Source: Deltaproteobacteria bacterium
GTDB lineage: Bacteria > Myxococcota_A > Polyangia > DRWM01 > JAAZOP01
Direction of reading: 5' to 3'
DNA length: 64,000 nt
NCBI GenBank assembly: GCA_016218815.1
Contig: JACRCX010000117.1
Span: 35,009-99,008, forward strand
Below, one piece after another: positions 9,075-20,900 of the stretch. The stretch's first letter is position 1. The number at the start of each line of letters is the position of its first letter. Below the pieces are notes generated by a model. That model worked only from the letters and a program-made list of their open reading frames with translations. It was not told the DNA's origin and did no database searches. Position numbers and translations under genes: made by a program.

Positions 9075-10271
9075 ATGACGGGAGGCTCGAGCCGGCTGCT
9101 CGCCAGCTTCGGCGCCGCGACGCTCCTGCACCTGGCCCTGATTCCGCTGCTCGGCTGGGCCTTCGGCGGCGACGGCAGCCCCGGGGGAGGGGAGTGGCGC
9201 CGCGGCGTGGTCCTCGAGCTGATCCGTCCCGAGACGTCCGAGACCGAGGCCCTGCATCCGCCGGAGCCTCCGGCCCCCGCGGCGAAGGCGGCCGCCATGC
9301 CCGCGCCCGCGCATCCGAGCGTTCCCGCGCCGGCCGCCGTGGCCCGCGCCGACGTTCCACGGCGCGAGGATGGTGTGCCGCGAGGACGGCGCGTGCCGCC
9401 GCGGACCGGCCGCGGGACGACCGGTCGCGCCGTGCCGCCGGATCCGTCGCCGTCGGCGCTGGTGGCGGTGGCCGATCCGCGGGGAGTGGCATCGGACGTC
9501 GGTCTCCCGGTGACGGGCGGCATGAGCGGGCCGTCCGGTGCGGCGCCGGCGTCGGCGGCGGTCGAAGGAACGGCGCCGTCGGAGGCACCTTCGGAGTCGC
9601 AGCCCGGCACCGACGAGGCGCAGGCGGGGTGCACGCAGACTGCGGCCGGGGTGGTGTGCTCGGTCGAGCAATCGGACGTTCTCAATCGCCCGCAGTCGTT
9701 CATGGGAATGGTGGTCGACCCCGGTTACGAGGAGCGCGGGTACGTGCTGGAGCCCGAGAGCGGCGGGTACGTGTACCGCGCCGACTCGCACAACGCCGTA
9801 CACATCGCCCCGGACGGGTCGATCGACGTCGAGAGCGGGCCGAAGCCGTCCGACGCGCTGTGCATCCTGGGCGGCGCCCCGCTGCCGTGGGACATCCCCG
9901 AGCTGCCGCAGTACCAGTACGACGAGCTCGAGCAGGCGACGGCGGGGCTGCGCGCGGACATGGCCGATCGGCAGGATCGCTCGTGGCAGTACGACGCGCT
10001 CGACGGCCTGGCGGCGGAGCTGGAGGCGATCGTCTCGCGGGGCGACCGCACGCCTGCCGAGCAGCGGCGCTTCCTGTTCCAGCGCTGGGACGAGTGCACC
10101 GAGAGCGGCGGGGGGCTCGATGCGCGCCGCATCATCGAGGAGCTCATCCGCCGCCGCTATCCGCAGGGCGGCTCGCTCGGCTACGGCGACGCGGAGCTGG
10201 CGGAGCTGAACGGCGACCGCGACAGCTCGATGCGCTTCTGTCCGTACGGCTGTGCTTCGGCCGAGCCGTAG
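9075..10271 (+). CDS. Hypothetical membrane-anchored protein with a Pro/Ala-rich linker (TonB-like architecture)
   Basis: N-terminal TM helix LLASFGAATLLHLALIPLLGWAF, a Pro/Ala-rich low-complexity linker, and a C-terminal about 200 aa with normal globular composition. Overlapping alternative frames are pure Arg-rich antisense artefacts. Confidence 0.45.
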   Translation: MTGGSSRLLASFGAATLLHLALIPLLGWAFGGDGSPGGGEWRRGVVLELIRPETSETEALHPPEPPAPAAKAAAMPAPAHPSVPAPAAVARADVPRREDGVPRGRRVPPRTGRGTTGRAVPPDPSPSALVAVADPRGVASDVGLPVTGGMSGPSGAAPASAAVEGTAPSEAPSESQPGTDEAQAGCTQTAAGVVCSVEQSDVLNRPQSFMGMVVDPGYEERGYVLEPESGGYVYRADSHNAVHIAPDGSIDVESGPKPSDALCILGGAPLPWDIPELPQYQYDELEQATAGLRADMADRQDRSWQYDALDGLAAELEAIVSRGDRTPAEQRRFLFQRWDECTESGGGLDARRIIEELIRRRYPQGGSLGYGDAELAELNGDRDSSMRFCPYGCASAEP

Positions 10272-10301
10272 CGGCTCCGCGCGGGCGGCGGCGCCGCTTG
10301 C

Positions 10302-11714
10302 TCAGCCGCGGATGCGCCAGAGCTTGAGCACGTCGGTGCGGCCGGGGCCGCTCATGTCCTGCATGCCGAAGGTCACGGCGATGTCGTCGCCGGGGCGAAC
10401 CCAGCCCCTGGCGAGCAGCTCGCGTTCCGCCTGCTCCACCACCCCGGAGACGCCCTCCACCCAGTCGGCGTGCAGCGGCAGCACGCCCCAGCGCAGGGCG
10501 AGGCGCCGGAGCACGGCGGGGTGCCGCGAGAACGCGGCGATCCAGGCGCGGGGGCGGCAGGCGCTGACCAGGGCCGGCGAGTGCCCGGTCTCGGAGTAGA
10601 CCGCGAGCGCCTTGAGCCCGAGGTCCTCCGCGGCCGTCACCGCGGCGCGCGCGATGGCGTTGGAGAAGCTGTACTCCTTGAGCCGCAGCGGCCGGGTCGC
10701 GCCCTCGAACAACGCGCTCTTCTCGACCTCCTCGATCACGGTCGCCATCGTGCGCACCGCTTCCAGCGGGTACTTGCCGCTGGCCGTCTCGCCGGAGAGC
10801 ATCACGGCGTCCGTCCCGTCGAGCACCGCGTTGGCCACGTCCGAGACCTCGGCGCGCGTCGGCCGCGGGTTCTGGATCATCGAGTCCAGCATCTGGGTGG
10901 CCACGATCACGGGCAGCCCGCGGGCCGCGGCCATGCGGATCATCCGCTTCTGGATCAGCGGCACCTTCTCCGTGCCGGCCTCCACGCCCAGGTCCCCGCG
11001 GGCGACCATCACGCCGTCGGCCACGTCGAGGATCTCCTCGAGCCGCGCCACCGCGTCGGGCTTCTCGATCTTCGCGATCACCGGGATGTCGCCGGCCAGC
11101 GCCTTCGCCTCCGCGACGTCCTCGGGGCGCTGCACGAACGAGAGGGCGAAGTAGTCGACCCCCAGGCCGCGGGCGAACGCCAGGTCGGCGCGGTCCTTCT
11201 CCGTCAGCGCCGGCGTGGACAGCGGCGTGCCGGGGAGATTGAACCCCTTGTTGTTCTTGAGCGTGCCGCCCACGACGACCTCGCAGCGCACGTCGCTCCC
11301 GACCACCTCCCTGACGACCAGCTCGAGCAGCCCGTCGTCGAGCAGGACGCGGGCCCCGGGCCGCACGTCCCTGGGCAGGTCGGCGTAGGAGGTCGACACC
11401 AAGCCCGCGGTGCCCACGACGCTCCGGGTGGTGAGGGTGAGCGGTGCGCCGGGCACGAGCTCCACGGCGCCGCCCTCCATGGCGCCCACCCGGATCTTCG
11501 GTCCGCAGAGGTCGGCGAGCACGGCCACGTGCTGGCCCGCCGCCTCGGCCTGCGCGCGCACGATGTCGTAGAGCCGGCGGTGGTCCTCGTGCGTCCCGTG
11601 CGAGAAGTTCAACCGCACGACGTCCAGCCCGGCGCGGATCAGCCCGCCGATCATCTCGGGCGTCGAGCTGGCGGGCCCCAACGTGCCCACGATCTTCACC
11701 CTCTGCTGCATCAT
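10302..11714 (-). CDS. pyk: Pyruvate kinase
   Basis: MMQQRVKIVGTLGPASSTPEMIGGLIRAGLDVVRLNFSHG...MVARGDLGVE...ATQMLDSM: the canonical pyruvate kinase barrel and C-terminal domains. ATGATG start at 11714 is preceded by GGAGG. The maximal ORF to 11849 adds 45 Arg-rich residues. Confidence 0.9.
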   Translation of the reverse strand: MMQQRVKIVGTLGPASSTPEMIGGLIRAGLDVVRLNFSHGTHEDHRRLYDIVRAQAEAAGQHVAVLADLCGPKIRVGAMEGGAVELVPGAPLTLTTRSVVGTAGLVSTSYADLPRDVRPGARVLLDDGLLELVVREVVGSDVRCEVVVGGTLKNNKGFNLPGTPLSTPALTEKDRADLAFARGLGVDYFALSFVQRPEDVAEAKALAGDIPVIAKIEKPDAVARLEEILDVADGVMVARGDLGVEAGTEKVPLIQKRMIRMAAARGLPVIVATQMLDSMIQNPRPTRAEVSDVANAVLDGTDAVMLSGETASGKYPLEAVRTMATVIEEVEKSALFEGATRPLRLKEYSFSNAIARAAVTAAEDLGLKALAVYSETGHSPALVSACRPRAWIAAFSRHPAVLRRLALRWGVLPLHADWVEGVSGVVEQAERELLARGWVRPGDDIAVTFGMQDMSGPGRTDVLKLWRIRG

Positions 11715-11795
11715 CGCATCCTCCCCGTGCCGCCGCGGCGCCGCCGCCGGCGTCCGGGGACGGTACCGCCGATCGGGTCTCGCCGTCCACGCGCG

Positions 11796-11846
11796 GCGCG
11801 GGACCACGAGTCTACGAGTAGACTGTTTGGTATGCTCGAGTAGACT
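11796..11846. promoter_or_regulatory. Palindromic/direct-repeat element GAGTCTACGAGTAGACTG-TTTGGTATG-CTCGAGTAGACTC between the peptidase stop and the pyk start
   Basis: GAGTAGACT occurs twice directly, and GAGTCTAC/GTAGACTC form an inverted pair around an AT-rich centre. It lies about 90-130 bp upstream of the pyk start codon and may be an operator or terminator. Confidence 0.35.
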
Positions 11847-11858
11847 CAAGCGCGGACT

Positions 11859-13538
11859 TCAGCGCAGCCGCACCAGCCGCGCCCGCAACGACGACGCCTC
11901 GTCCCCCCGCACCGACACCGACATCGCGGGGCTCGTGCCGTCCCAGTCCAGCACCACCATCTCGTTGCCCGTCGTCCGCATCGTCCCGTCCGCCGTCGCC
12001 GGGGTCACCGTGTGCGGGCCGTTGAGCCGCATGAAGCCGAAGAAGTCGGCGTAGGGATCGAAGCCGCGGGGTTCCGTGGTCAACGGGTCCGTCGCCTGCG
12101 GCAGGTACGTGTAGCGCGGTTCGAGCGGCAGCGGCGCGCCCGCGGCGTCGGTGCGGCCGGTGAGGAACAGCGCCGTGTAGAAGTCGAACACGAGGTCGTC
12201 CATGTCCAGGCCCGTCGAGAACTCGAAATTCTGTCGCCCCTCCCGCGCCGAGTTGACCGCCCCGTAGGCCCAGGCGATGCCTCCCTCGTCGACGATCGAC
12301 TCGTCCGTCGCGATCGAGTCGCCCCCCATCCGATCGAAGACGTAGCGCGTCCAGATGTAGGCCGCCCCGTAGAGCATCCCGCTTCGCCCCGTGGTGTCGT
12401 AGCCCCCGCCGGAGTGCAGGATCTCCCACATGCCCCAGTCGTCCGAGTAGTCCAGCGTGTCGCCGAGCTGGAAGAACGTTCCGTAGCCGTAGCCGGTGAC
12501 GTCCGCGCCCAGCTCGGCCCACCCCTCCAGGACGTAGGCGTTCTCGCCGCCCGAGGCGCCGCCAAGGATCACCTTGCGGCCGAAGTAGATCAGATGCTGG
12601 ATCTCGTGCGCGATCGTCCCCAGCACCGCTTCCGGCCGGTCGGCCATGAAGCCTTCCGGCGGCATGGAGTACACCAGCTCCTGCTCGTTGGAGACCGTGC
12701 AGCCCAGCGGCATGTCGGTCGAATCGAACAGGTCGCAGGGGAAGAAGAAGGCCGACGCCCCGATCTCCCCCACGACGGGACTCCACAGCACGTTGATCAG
12801 GCCGTCCGTGTTGATGTCCGTCTCCTCGCCGAAGTATTGCCGCTCGCGCGGCATGAGGATCTCCTCCGAGCCGGCGAGCACGCCGCTGAGCAGCGCCGCC
12901 GACGGATCCGTCGTGCCTCCCGTCGTCCGGTCCATCCACAGCGCGAGGTCCGCGCCCACCGCGAGGCACTCCCCCTCGACCGTGTGGGCCGGCCCCGCGT
13001 CCCCCTGGATCTGGAACGTGCGCCGCTCGCCCACCGTCGGCGGAGGCATCGGATCGCGCGCGATGTGACTCGTCCCCTCGCGCAGCTCGCGGGCGAGCGA
13101 CGGGATCAGCTCGAGCCAATCGCGCGGGCGTCGCGCCGGCGGCCCCGGCAGCTCCTTGGTCGCCCCCTCCAGACGGCTGGCCGCCGCCCCCGTCACGGAC
13201 AGCTCGTAGCTCACCGTGCCGCTCGCCCAGCGGGCCGAGTACAGCACCAGCCCGTACTGGCGCGCCGGAGTGGGCGTGGCGAGGCTCGCCGTGAAGCTTC
13301 CGTCCTCGCCCGCGGTCAGCTCGAGCACCTCGCCCAGCGCCAGGTCGAGCGGCGGCGGACCGGACTCCTCTTCCGGCGCGTCGTCCGCCTCTTCCGCCGC
13401 GTCCGGCTCGACGTCCGCCGCGTCGGGCCCGGCGTCCCCCGCGCCGTCGTCTCCCGCTTCCCCGCCGCCCGAACTGCACCCCGCGACGGCCAACAGGACC
13501 GCCAGCCACAAGAATCGTCGCACGCTCGCCATCTCCAT
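11859..13538 (-). CDS. Putative HExxH zinc metallopeptidase lipoprotein (paralog of 3110..4435)
   Basis: Lipobox signal [24 protein letters not shown], an acidic linker, and HEIQHLIYF ... EGWAELG. This is the full-length, secreted version of the paralog family. Confidence 0.7.
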   Translation of the reverse strand: MEMASVRRFLWLAVLLAVAGCSSGGGEAGDDGAGDAGPDAADVEPDAAEEADDAPEEESGPPPLDLALGEVLELTAGEDGSFTASLATPTPARQYGLVLYSARWASGTVSYELSVTGAAASRLEGATKELPGPPARRPRDWLELIPSLARELREGTSHIARDPMPPPTVGERRTFQIQGDAGPAHTVEGECLAVGADLALWMDRTTGGTTDPSAALLSGVLAGSEEILMPRERQYFGEETDINTDGLINVLWSPVVGEIGASAFFFPCDLFDSTDMPLGCTVSNEQELVYSMPPEGFMADRPEAVLGTIAHEIQHLIYFGRKVILGGASGGENAYVLEGWAELGADVTGYGYGTFFQLGDTLDYSDDWGMWEILHSGGGYDTTGRSGMLYGAAYIWTRYVFDRMGGDSIATDESIVDEGGIAWAYGAVNSAREGRQNFEFSTGLDMDDLVFDFYTALFLTGRTDAAGAPLPLEPRYTYLPQATDPLTTEPRGFDPYADFFGFMRLNGPHTVTPATADGTMRTTGNEMVVLDWDGTSPAMSVSVRGDEASSLRARLVRLR

Positions 13539-13718
13539 GCCTCCTCGCCCGGCCGGCGGGATCTGCCGTCGGCGGGGCGAGGATACGGCGCGCCCGAGCC
13601 GCGCGCCAGCCTCGCACCCGAGCCTGCGCCCCTCTCATTGCCCTCGACCGGCCGGGATGGTACCGTCCCGGTCGTCCTGGCCGGATCGACGGATCGAGGG
13701 GCGCCGCGGGCGTTGGAG

Positions 13719-16700
13719 ATGGATCCTCAACTTTCCGACAAGCGTGCCTCGCGTCGTCTGCCGGGGGGCCGCGGGGCCCTGTCGTGGGCCACCGCCATCT
13801 CGGCCTTCGTGCTGGTCGCCGGCTCGCTCCTCACCTGGTCGACCGTTCGACAGGCCGACGGCCGGATCCGGGAGGACCTGCTCCGGGAGGCTCGCACCGC
13901 CGCCCAGGCGCTCGATGCGGGTCTCCTGGAGGCGCTCTCGGGCGACGAAAGCGACCTGCGCAAGCCCGAGTACGTCCAGCTCAAGGATCAGCTCGCCGCC
14001 ATACGGCACGCCACGACCAACTGCCGCTTCGCCTACGTCTTCGGTCGTCGCCCCGGCGGAGCCGTGTTCTTCTATGCCGACAGCGAACCCTCCGACTCCG
14101 TGGATTGCTCGCCGGCGGGAACGGACTATCCCGAGGCATCCGGGGTCATCCGCGGGGTGTTCGACACGGGACTCGAGGCGACCGAGGGACCGATCTCCGA
14201 CCGCTGGGGCACTTGGGTCTCGTCGTTTGCTCCGGTGGGGCCACCCGGTGCGACCTCCGACAAGATCGTCGGCCTGGACATCGACGTGCGCAACTGGACG
14301 TGGGACCTCGTCCGCGCGGGCTTGCCGCCGGCCTTGCTGACCCTCGTCGTCATCGCCGTCCTCATGCTCGGCTCGACTCTCCTGGCGCGCCGCTCGCGCC
14401 GCGCCGACGCCTCCCCACGCTGGATGTGGCATGTCGAGCCGGTCATGGCGGTGGCGGTGGGAGTCGCCCTGAGCCTCTACGGCGGGAGCGTGATCCGCTC
14501 CTCCGCGCGGGAGGTTCGGAAGGAAGCCTTCCTCAGCCAGGCTACCCTCGAGATCGACCGGACGATCGGTGCGGTTCGACACCTCGGCAACGTCGAGCTG
14601 GAGGGGCTGGCGCGGTTGTTCGTCGCCTCGGAAGAAGTCGATGCGGAGGGGTTCCGGCTGTACGCCGCACCGCTGGCGGACAACCCCGTCGTCGAGACCT
14701 GGGAATGGAGTCCCGCCGTGCCCTCGGCCGACAGGGACCGCTTCGAAGAGAGCGCTCGCGCGGGCGGCGTGGGCGAGTTCTCGATCTGGCGGAACGACGA
14801 GATCGGAGCGCGCGTCGCTGCAGGGAACCTTGACGTCTACTATCCCGTGCTCCACGAGGCTTCCCGGGACGGCATCCTGAAACTGGCGGGCTACGATCTC
14901 GGCTCCGTGCCCGCCGTGCGATCCACCCTGGAGGAGGCGGCCCGCCGCCGGCAGGTGATGGCCTCCGAGCCCCTGGACTTCCCGCCGGGGAATGGCGGCG
15001 CGACGGAGCTGCTCGTCGTCCGGCCTGTCTTCGACTCGCATCGCCCCGCGAGCCTGCGTGGGTTCGCCGTGGCCGTCCTGGGCCTGGACAAGCTGCTGCA
15101 CGTCCAGGGCTCGGACGGGCTCACGAGGATGACGCTGTCCTATCCGCGCGCGTCCGGGGAGCTGAAGGTGATGGCCTCGGACTGGCCCGCGGGCTCCGCT
15201 CGGACCGGCGACTTCTCCCTGAACACCCTCGTCAACGTCTACGGCCGGATCTTCGTGATGCCCATCCAGGCGAGCGCGAAGTACCTGTCGTCCCATCCGC
15301 TCGTGACGGGCGTCGCGGGCGCGTCGCTGGGGGTCCTCCTTTCGTTGGCCGTGGGCCTCGCTCTTCATCTGCTGCTGCGCCGCCGCGTGGAGCTGCAGCG
15401 CCTCGTGACGGTGCGGACCCGCAGCCTGCAGGAGAGCGAGGCCGAGCTGCGCGTCATGAAGGAGCAGGCGGAATCCGCCAGCCGCGCCAAGAGCGATTTC
15501 CTGGCCAACATGTCCCACGAGATCCGCACTCCGATGAACGGCGTCATCGGTATGGCCGATATCCTCCTCGATACCGACCTGACCGACGCGCAGCGCGACT
15601 ACGCGGAGACGATCTCCAAGAGCGCCTCGTCCCTGCTCACGATCATCAACGACATCCTGGATTTCTCGAAGATCGAGGCCGGACGGATCGAGATCGTCAG
15701 CGAGCCCGTCGATCTCCGGGCGCTGGTGGAGGACGTCGGACAGGTGCTCGCCATGAGGGCCCAGCAGAAGGACGTCGAACTGGTGGTCCGGCTCGATCCC
15801 GCCGCGCCGGTGCACGTAATGGCCGATCCGCTCCGGGTGCGACAGGTGCTCATGAACTTCGCCGGCAACGCCGTGAAGTTCACCCAGCAGGGACACGTGC
15901 TCGTCGACGTGCGATGCACCGGCGTCGCGGATGGGAAGGGTTCCTTCCGCTTCGCCGTCGAGGACACGGGACTCGGCATACCGGAACATGCCAAGAAGAC
16001 CCTCTTCGAGAAGTTCACGCAGGTGGACGGGGCGTCGACGCGGAAGTTCGAGGGCACGGGGCTCGGGCTGGCGATCAACAAGCAGCTCGTGGCGCTCATG
16101 GGCGGCCGTTTCGGATTCGACAGCGTGCTCGGCAAGGGCTCGACCTTCTGGTTCGACCTGACACTCCCGATTGCCGCGGCGACTGCCGCAGACGGGGCCG
16201 CCGCCGGCCCGGATGGCGCCGCGGACACCCGCGACGTGGCCGGCGCGGACCTCACGAAGCTCAGGATCCTGGTCGTGGACGACCACGAGGTGAACCGGCG
16301 GGTCCTGGGCGAACAGCTCAGGGCCTGGGACCTCGCGAACGAGTGCGTGGAGTCCGCGCAGGCCGCGCTGCGGTCCCTCAAGGAGGCGGTCGCGCAGGGG
16401 ACACCGTTCGACCTCGCAATCCTGGACTACAACATGCCGGAGATCGACGGCATCGATCTGGGGCGCCTCGTGAAGGCGGACCCGCTCATCCGCGGCACGC
16501 GGATGATCCTGCTCAGCTCGGCCATGAGACCCACGGATCCGGCGCATCTCGCCGAGATCGGCTTCAGCTCCTGCCTGACCAAACCGGTCCGCTCGGGAAG
16601 CCTGTTGCAGGCGATCGCCGCAGCGGTCGGGGCGCGTCCCGGCCGCCGCGAAGGGTCGACGAGGCCGGGAGCGGGGCGGAGTCCGGCCGCGCAGGTCCCC

Positions 16701-17882
16701 GCGACCGGGGCCGTCGCCACCGCGAGCGAGTCCGCCGGGCTCTCCAAGGTGCTCCTCGTCGAGGACAACCCGGCGAACCAGAAGGTCGCGGGCATCATGC
16801 TCGAACGGTTCGGGTGCGAGGTCGTGCTGGCATCCGACGGCAAGGAGGCCGTCGAAACGGTCAGGTCCGGGTCCTTCGACCTCGTGTTCATGGACTGCCA
16901 GATGCCCGTGATGGACGGCTACGACGCCACGCGGGCCATTCGAGCCCTGGAGCAGCCGGCACGCGCCGTACCCATCATCGCCATGACCGCGCACGCGATG
17001 CAGGGCGACAAGGAGAAGTGCCTCGCCGCCGGCATGGACGACTACACGACGAAGCCGATCCAGAAGGCCGCCGTCCGCGAGATGCTGCGGAAGTACGCCG
17101 GGAAACAGCTCGGGGATGCGCCGGCCGTCGCGACGAAGATCCTGGTCGCGGTCCAGGATCCACCGGCGAGCGCCGCGCTGCGCAAAGCCCTTCGCGGAGT
17201 GTACCCGGGGGGAAAGATCCGGACGACGGCCGACGGTATCGAGGCCTGCACCATGCTGGGGAGCTTCCTGCCCGATCTGCTCGTCTGCGACGTGGCGCTC
17301 CCGCACGTGGACATGGCGGCCGTGGTGCGGTACCTGCGCGCGGCGGAGCGCTATGCCCGCACCAGGGCGGTCGTGATCCACGCGAGCGATCGTTCCGCCG
17401 ACCCGGGGCTCGCGGCATTGAGAGGGCTCGAGCACGTGAGAGTCGCCCAGTGGCCCGTGGACGCCGCGGAGCTGCGCGCGATCCTGGGCGGGACCGCCAC
17501 GGCTCCCGTCAAGGGGGTCGTCGCCGCCGGACCGGGCGAAGCGTTGCCGGTCTACGATCCCTCCGTCCTCCACGACTCGCTCGGCGACGATCCGGACGTC
17601 CTGCGGGAGGTTCTCGCGACCTATCGCGACACGTTGCCCGGGCAGCTCGAGAAACTTGAGCACGCGATGACAGCCCTGGACACCGCCGCGATCGCCGACG
17701 CCGCGCACGCCATCAAAGGGGCGGGCGCGAACGCGGGAGGAAAAAGGCTCTGGGCCGCGGCCGCCGAGCTGGAGAAGGCGGGGAAGGCCGGCGACGGGGA
17801 GAAATGCACGACATGCCTTCCCGCCGTGCGCGCGCACCTCCAGGACCTGGTGCAGGCGCTCGACGCGGCCTTGAAGGGCTGA
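13719..17882 (+). CDS. Hybrid sensor histidine kinase/response regulator (PBP-like + CHASE sensor, HisKA, HATPase_c, three REC domains, C-terminal HPt)
   Basis: ATG at 13719 is in frame with the giant ORF 12012..17882. The upstream 570 codons are Arg-rich antisense of the peptidase gene. A TM helix is followed by a periplasmic domain, a second TM and a CHASE-like region ([12 protein letters not shown]). H-box [18 protein letters not shown], HATPase [18 protein letters not shown] motifs ([12 protein letters not shown]; [12 protein letters not shown]...[10 protein letters not shown]...KPI), and HPt ([12 protein letters not shown]). Confidence 0.85.
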   Translation: MDPQLSDKRASRRLPGGRGALSWATAISAFVLVAGSLLTWSTVRQADGRIREDLLREARTAAQALDAGLLEALSGDESDLRKPEYVQLKDQLAAIRHATTNCRFAYVFGRRPGGAVFFYADSEPSDSVDCSPAGTDYPEASGVIRGVFDTGLEATEGPISDRWGTWVSSFAPVGPPGATSDKIVGLDIDVRNWTWDLVRAGLPPALLTLVVIAVLMLGSTLLARRSRRADASPRWMWHVEPVMAVAVGVALSLYGGSVIRSSAREVRKEAFLSQATLEIDRTIGAVRHLGNVELEGLARLFVASEEVDAEGFRLYAAPLADNPVVETWEWSPAVPSADRDRFEESARAGGVGEFSIWRNDEIGARVAAGNLDVYYPVLHEASRDGILKLAGYDLGSVPAVRSTLEEAARRRQVMASEPLDFPPGNGGATELLVVRPVFDSHRPASLRGFAVAVLGLDKLLHVQGSDGLTRMTLSYPRASGELKVMASDWPAGSARTGDFSLNTLVNVYGRIFVMPIQASAKYLSSHPLVTGVAGASLGVLLSLAVGLALHLLLRRRVELQRLVTVRTRSLQESEAELRVMKEQAESASRAKSDFLANMSHEIRTPMNGVIGMADILLDTDLTDAQRDYAETISKSASSLLTIINDILDFSKIEAGRIEIVSEPVDLRALVEDVGQVLAMRAQQKDVELVVRLDPAAPVHVMADPLRVRQVLMNFAGNAVKFTQQGHVLVDVRCTGVADGKGSFRFAVEDTGLGIPEHAKKTLFEKFTQVDGASTRKFEGTGLGLAINKQLVALMGGRFGFDSVLGKGSTFWFDLTLPIAAATAADGAAAGPDGAADTRDVAGADLTKLRILVVDDHEVNRRVLGEQLRAWDLANECVESAQAALRSLKEAVAQGTPFDLAILDYNMPEIDGIDLGRLVKADPLIRGTRMILLSSAMRPTDPAHLAEIGFSSCLTKPVRSGSLLQAIAAAVGARPGRREGSTRPGAGRSPAAQVPATGAVATASESAGLSKVLLVEDNPANQKVAGIMLERFGCEVVLASDGKEAVETVRSGSFDLVFMDCQMPVMDGYDATRAIRALEQPARAVPIIAMTAHAMQGDKEKCLAAGMDDYTTKPIQKAAVREMLRKYAGKQLGDAPAVATKILVAVQDPPASAALRKALRGVYPGGKIRTTADGIEACTMLGSFLPDLLVCDVALPHVDMAAVVRYLRAAERYARTRAVVIHASDRSADPGLAALRGLEHVRVAQWPVDAAELRAILGGTATAPVKGVVAAGPGEALPVYDPSVLHDSLGDDPDVLREVLATYRDTLPGQLEKLEHAMTALDTAAIADAAHAIKGAGANAGGKRLWAAAAELEKAGKAGDGEKCTTCLPAVRAHLQDLVQALDAALKG

Positions 17883-17989
17883 ACCGGCACGACCCCCGCA
17901 CGTCCCCGCCCGTCCGCTCGTCCGCTCGCCTTCCCACCCTTGCGCCTCCGCCTCTCCCACCGTAGCCTCTCCGGGATGGGAGGCTCGCC

Positions 17990-20900
17990 ATGAACCACCT
18001 GCTCCAGCCGGTTGCGCTCCTGACGGTGCTCGGTGGCCTGCTCGTGACGCCGCTCGGATGCGGCGACGACAGCGGCGGCGGGGGTGATGCCGACGTCGCC
18101 GGCGACGCGACGGGCGACGGAGACGGCGACGGCGGAGGGGAGGGGGGCGAGTGCCTGGCGCCCGCGGACTGCGACGACGACAACGCGTGCACGGTCGATC
18201 GCTGCGTCGGCGGCTCGTGCGCCCACGACATCGCGCTGGACGGAACGCCGTGCGGCAGCGATCCGTGCACCGGCGGCGAGGTCTGCAACGCGGGCGCCTG
18301 CGTGCCCGGCGTGCCCGTGCTGGACGCCGACGAGGACGGACACCTGACCCGCGTCTGCGGCGGCGACGATTGCGACGACTCCAACGCGGACGTGCACCCC
18401 GGCATCTTCGAGGGCGGGGGCAACTGCGCCGACGGGCTGGACAACGATTGCGACGGCGTCGCCGATGCGCTCGATGCCGCCTGCTCCGGCCGCGTCTGCG
18501 GCGGCGACGCCTGGTGCTGGGAGAACCCCCTGCCGTCGGGCCTCGCCCTGGCCGCCGTCTGGCCGGTCTCCGCGACCGAGGTCTGGGGCGGAGGCACGGG
18601 CGTCCTGCGCTGGGCCGGCGGGGACATGACGTGGCAGGCACTCTCGGCGGGCGCGTGGACCGCGCAGCTTACGCACATGTGGGGCAGCGCGTCCGACGAC
18701 GTCTGGGCCGTCGGCAACGGCGTCTGGCACTTCGACGGCTCGACCTGGACCCAGGACACGACCCTGGCCTTCTACGGCATCGGCGACGTCTACGGCACCT
18801 CGCGCACCGACGTCTGGGTCGCCGGCTCCGGCGTCATCAACCACTGGAACGGCACCGGCTGGCGCCCGACCCTGACCGGCTCCACCGACACCCTGAGCGC
18901 CGTCTGGGCCGCCTCGCCGACCGACGCCTGGGCCGTCGGCTACAACGGCGTCTCCATGCACTGGGACGGCTCGGGCTGGAACCGGGTCGAGACCGGCACC
19001 ACGTCGAACCTCATCGCCGTGTGGGGCGCCGCGCCCGACGACGTCTGGGCGTCCGCGTACGGCGCCGGCGAGTTCCTGCACTGGAACGGCACGAGCTGGT
19101 CCACCGTCGCGACGGGCTTCACGGTCGTGCCCTACGGGATCGCCGGGACCTCGCCCACCGACGTGTGGGCCGTGGCGGACGCCGGCACGATCCTCCACTG
19201 GGATGGTACGGAGTGGGTCGCCGTCGCGAGCGGCGTGCGGCAGTCGCTTCGCGCGATCCGCGCCAACGGCGGTCAGGTCGTGATCGCGGGAGACGCGGGC
19301 CTCCTCCTGCGCCGCACGGCCTCGGGCTGGGAGCGGCTGGCACCCACCGGCCCCACGCCCACGACGTTCTCCGACATCTGGGCCACCGGCGCCGGCGCAT
19401 CCCTGGACGCCTGGGCCGTGGGCTCCGAGGGCACGATCGCCCGTCGGCTCTCCGACGGTAGCTGGGAGGCGGCGACCAGCCCGGTGACGCAGACCCTCAC
19501 CGCGGTCGCCGGCGCCTCGCCGACCGACGTCTGGGCCGTGGGCCTGGCCGGCTCGGCCGCCCACTGGGACGGGACCTCGTGGACCACCCAGACCCTGCCC
19601 GGCGGCGGCACGGCGAACGACGTCTGCTCCAACGGCCCCGGCGAGACGTGGGCCGTTGGCGCCTCGATCTTCCATCACGACGGGACCGCGTGGCGCACCG
19701 AGCCGTATCCGCTCACGGCGGCCTGGACCACGCGCGTGTTCTGCACGGGCGGCGACGAGGCGTGGCTGTCGACGACCGACGTCCGCGGCGACGTCCAGGT
19801 CTTCCTGCACTACGACGGCACGTCGTGGGTCGCGACGGGCCCCGAGGCCCTCATGCCCAACCAACCCTCCGACGGCTGGGGCTCGTCGGACGACGACGTC
19901 TGGGCCGTCGCCTACGGCACGGGCACGTCCACCGTCGTGCACTTCAACGGCGTCGGCTGGACCGCCATGGACACCGACCCCGACGTCGAGCTGCACGGCG
20001 TCGGCGGCACCGGCCCCGACGATGTCTGGCTCGTGGGCGCCGCCGGCGACGTCCTGCACTGGGACGGGACGTCGTTCACGCGACGGGACGTCCCGACGAC
20101 CGACGACCTGATCCGGGTCCGCGCGCTGGCCGCGGGCGACGTCATCGCCGTCGGCAGCGGCGGCAGCCTGGAGCGCTGGAACGGCTCGGCCTGGTCCGAG
20201 CTCGTCGGGCCGATTGCCGACCGGCCGTTCCACGACGCCTACGTCGCCGCCGCCGACCAGGCGTGGGGCCTGAACGAGTACGAGGTCCAGGTGTGGGACG
20301 GGACGACGTGGACGCGCGACGCCGCCGCCAGCTCGTGCGGTCTGTCCCACCCGATGGCGATCGTCGGATTTGCGGCCGATGACCTGTGGGTCGCCGACGA
20401 CTACGGCGACCTCTGTCACTGGGACGGCACGGTCTGGACCAGTCACGAGGTGGCGGGCACCAGCGTGTGGAACCTCACCGACATCTGGGGCAGTGCGCCG
20501 AACGACATCTGGGCGCAGGACGACGACGGCGGGATGTACCACTGGAGCGGCTCGGCGTGGGTCGCCGCCGGCGACCTCGGCACCCACAACCCCGCCGTCC
20601 TGTTCGGCGGCGGTCCGCAGGTCTGGTCGTTCGTCTCCGACTTCTTCGAGGACACGATCCTCGCGCACGTCTGGGACGGCTCGTCGTGGGTCCGCTACAG
20701 CATGCTCGCCGCGCCCGTCGCGGTCGGCGGCGCCGGGCCCGACGATCTGGCCGCGCTGGATCGGACGGGCAATCTCTGGCGCTGGGAGGGCCTCGGCTGG
20801 GCGCCGTACGGCTCGCCGACCAGCGAGGACGATACCGTCAACGCCGCCTGGGTCTTCGGACCCGACGACGTCTGGGCCATCTCGCGCGGCGGCCCGACGC

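Noticed and set aside
6715-9588. A 957-aa minus-strand ORF.
   Set aside because: Low-complexity Arg/Pro/Ser-rich translation. It is antisense to the kinase / HD-GYP regulator pair.
12012-13718. The N-terminal 570 codons of the 1956-aa plus-strand ORF.
   Set aside because: It is Arg-rich and antisense to the HExxH lipoprotein gene. The real hybrid kinase starts at ATG 13719, which has an N-terminal TM helix and sensible domain order.
13635-18641. A 1668-aa minus-strand ORF.
   Set aside because: Pure Arg/Gly/Pro low complexity. It is antisense to the hybrid histidine kinase.
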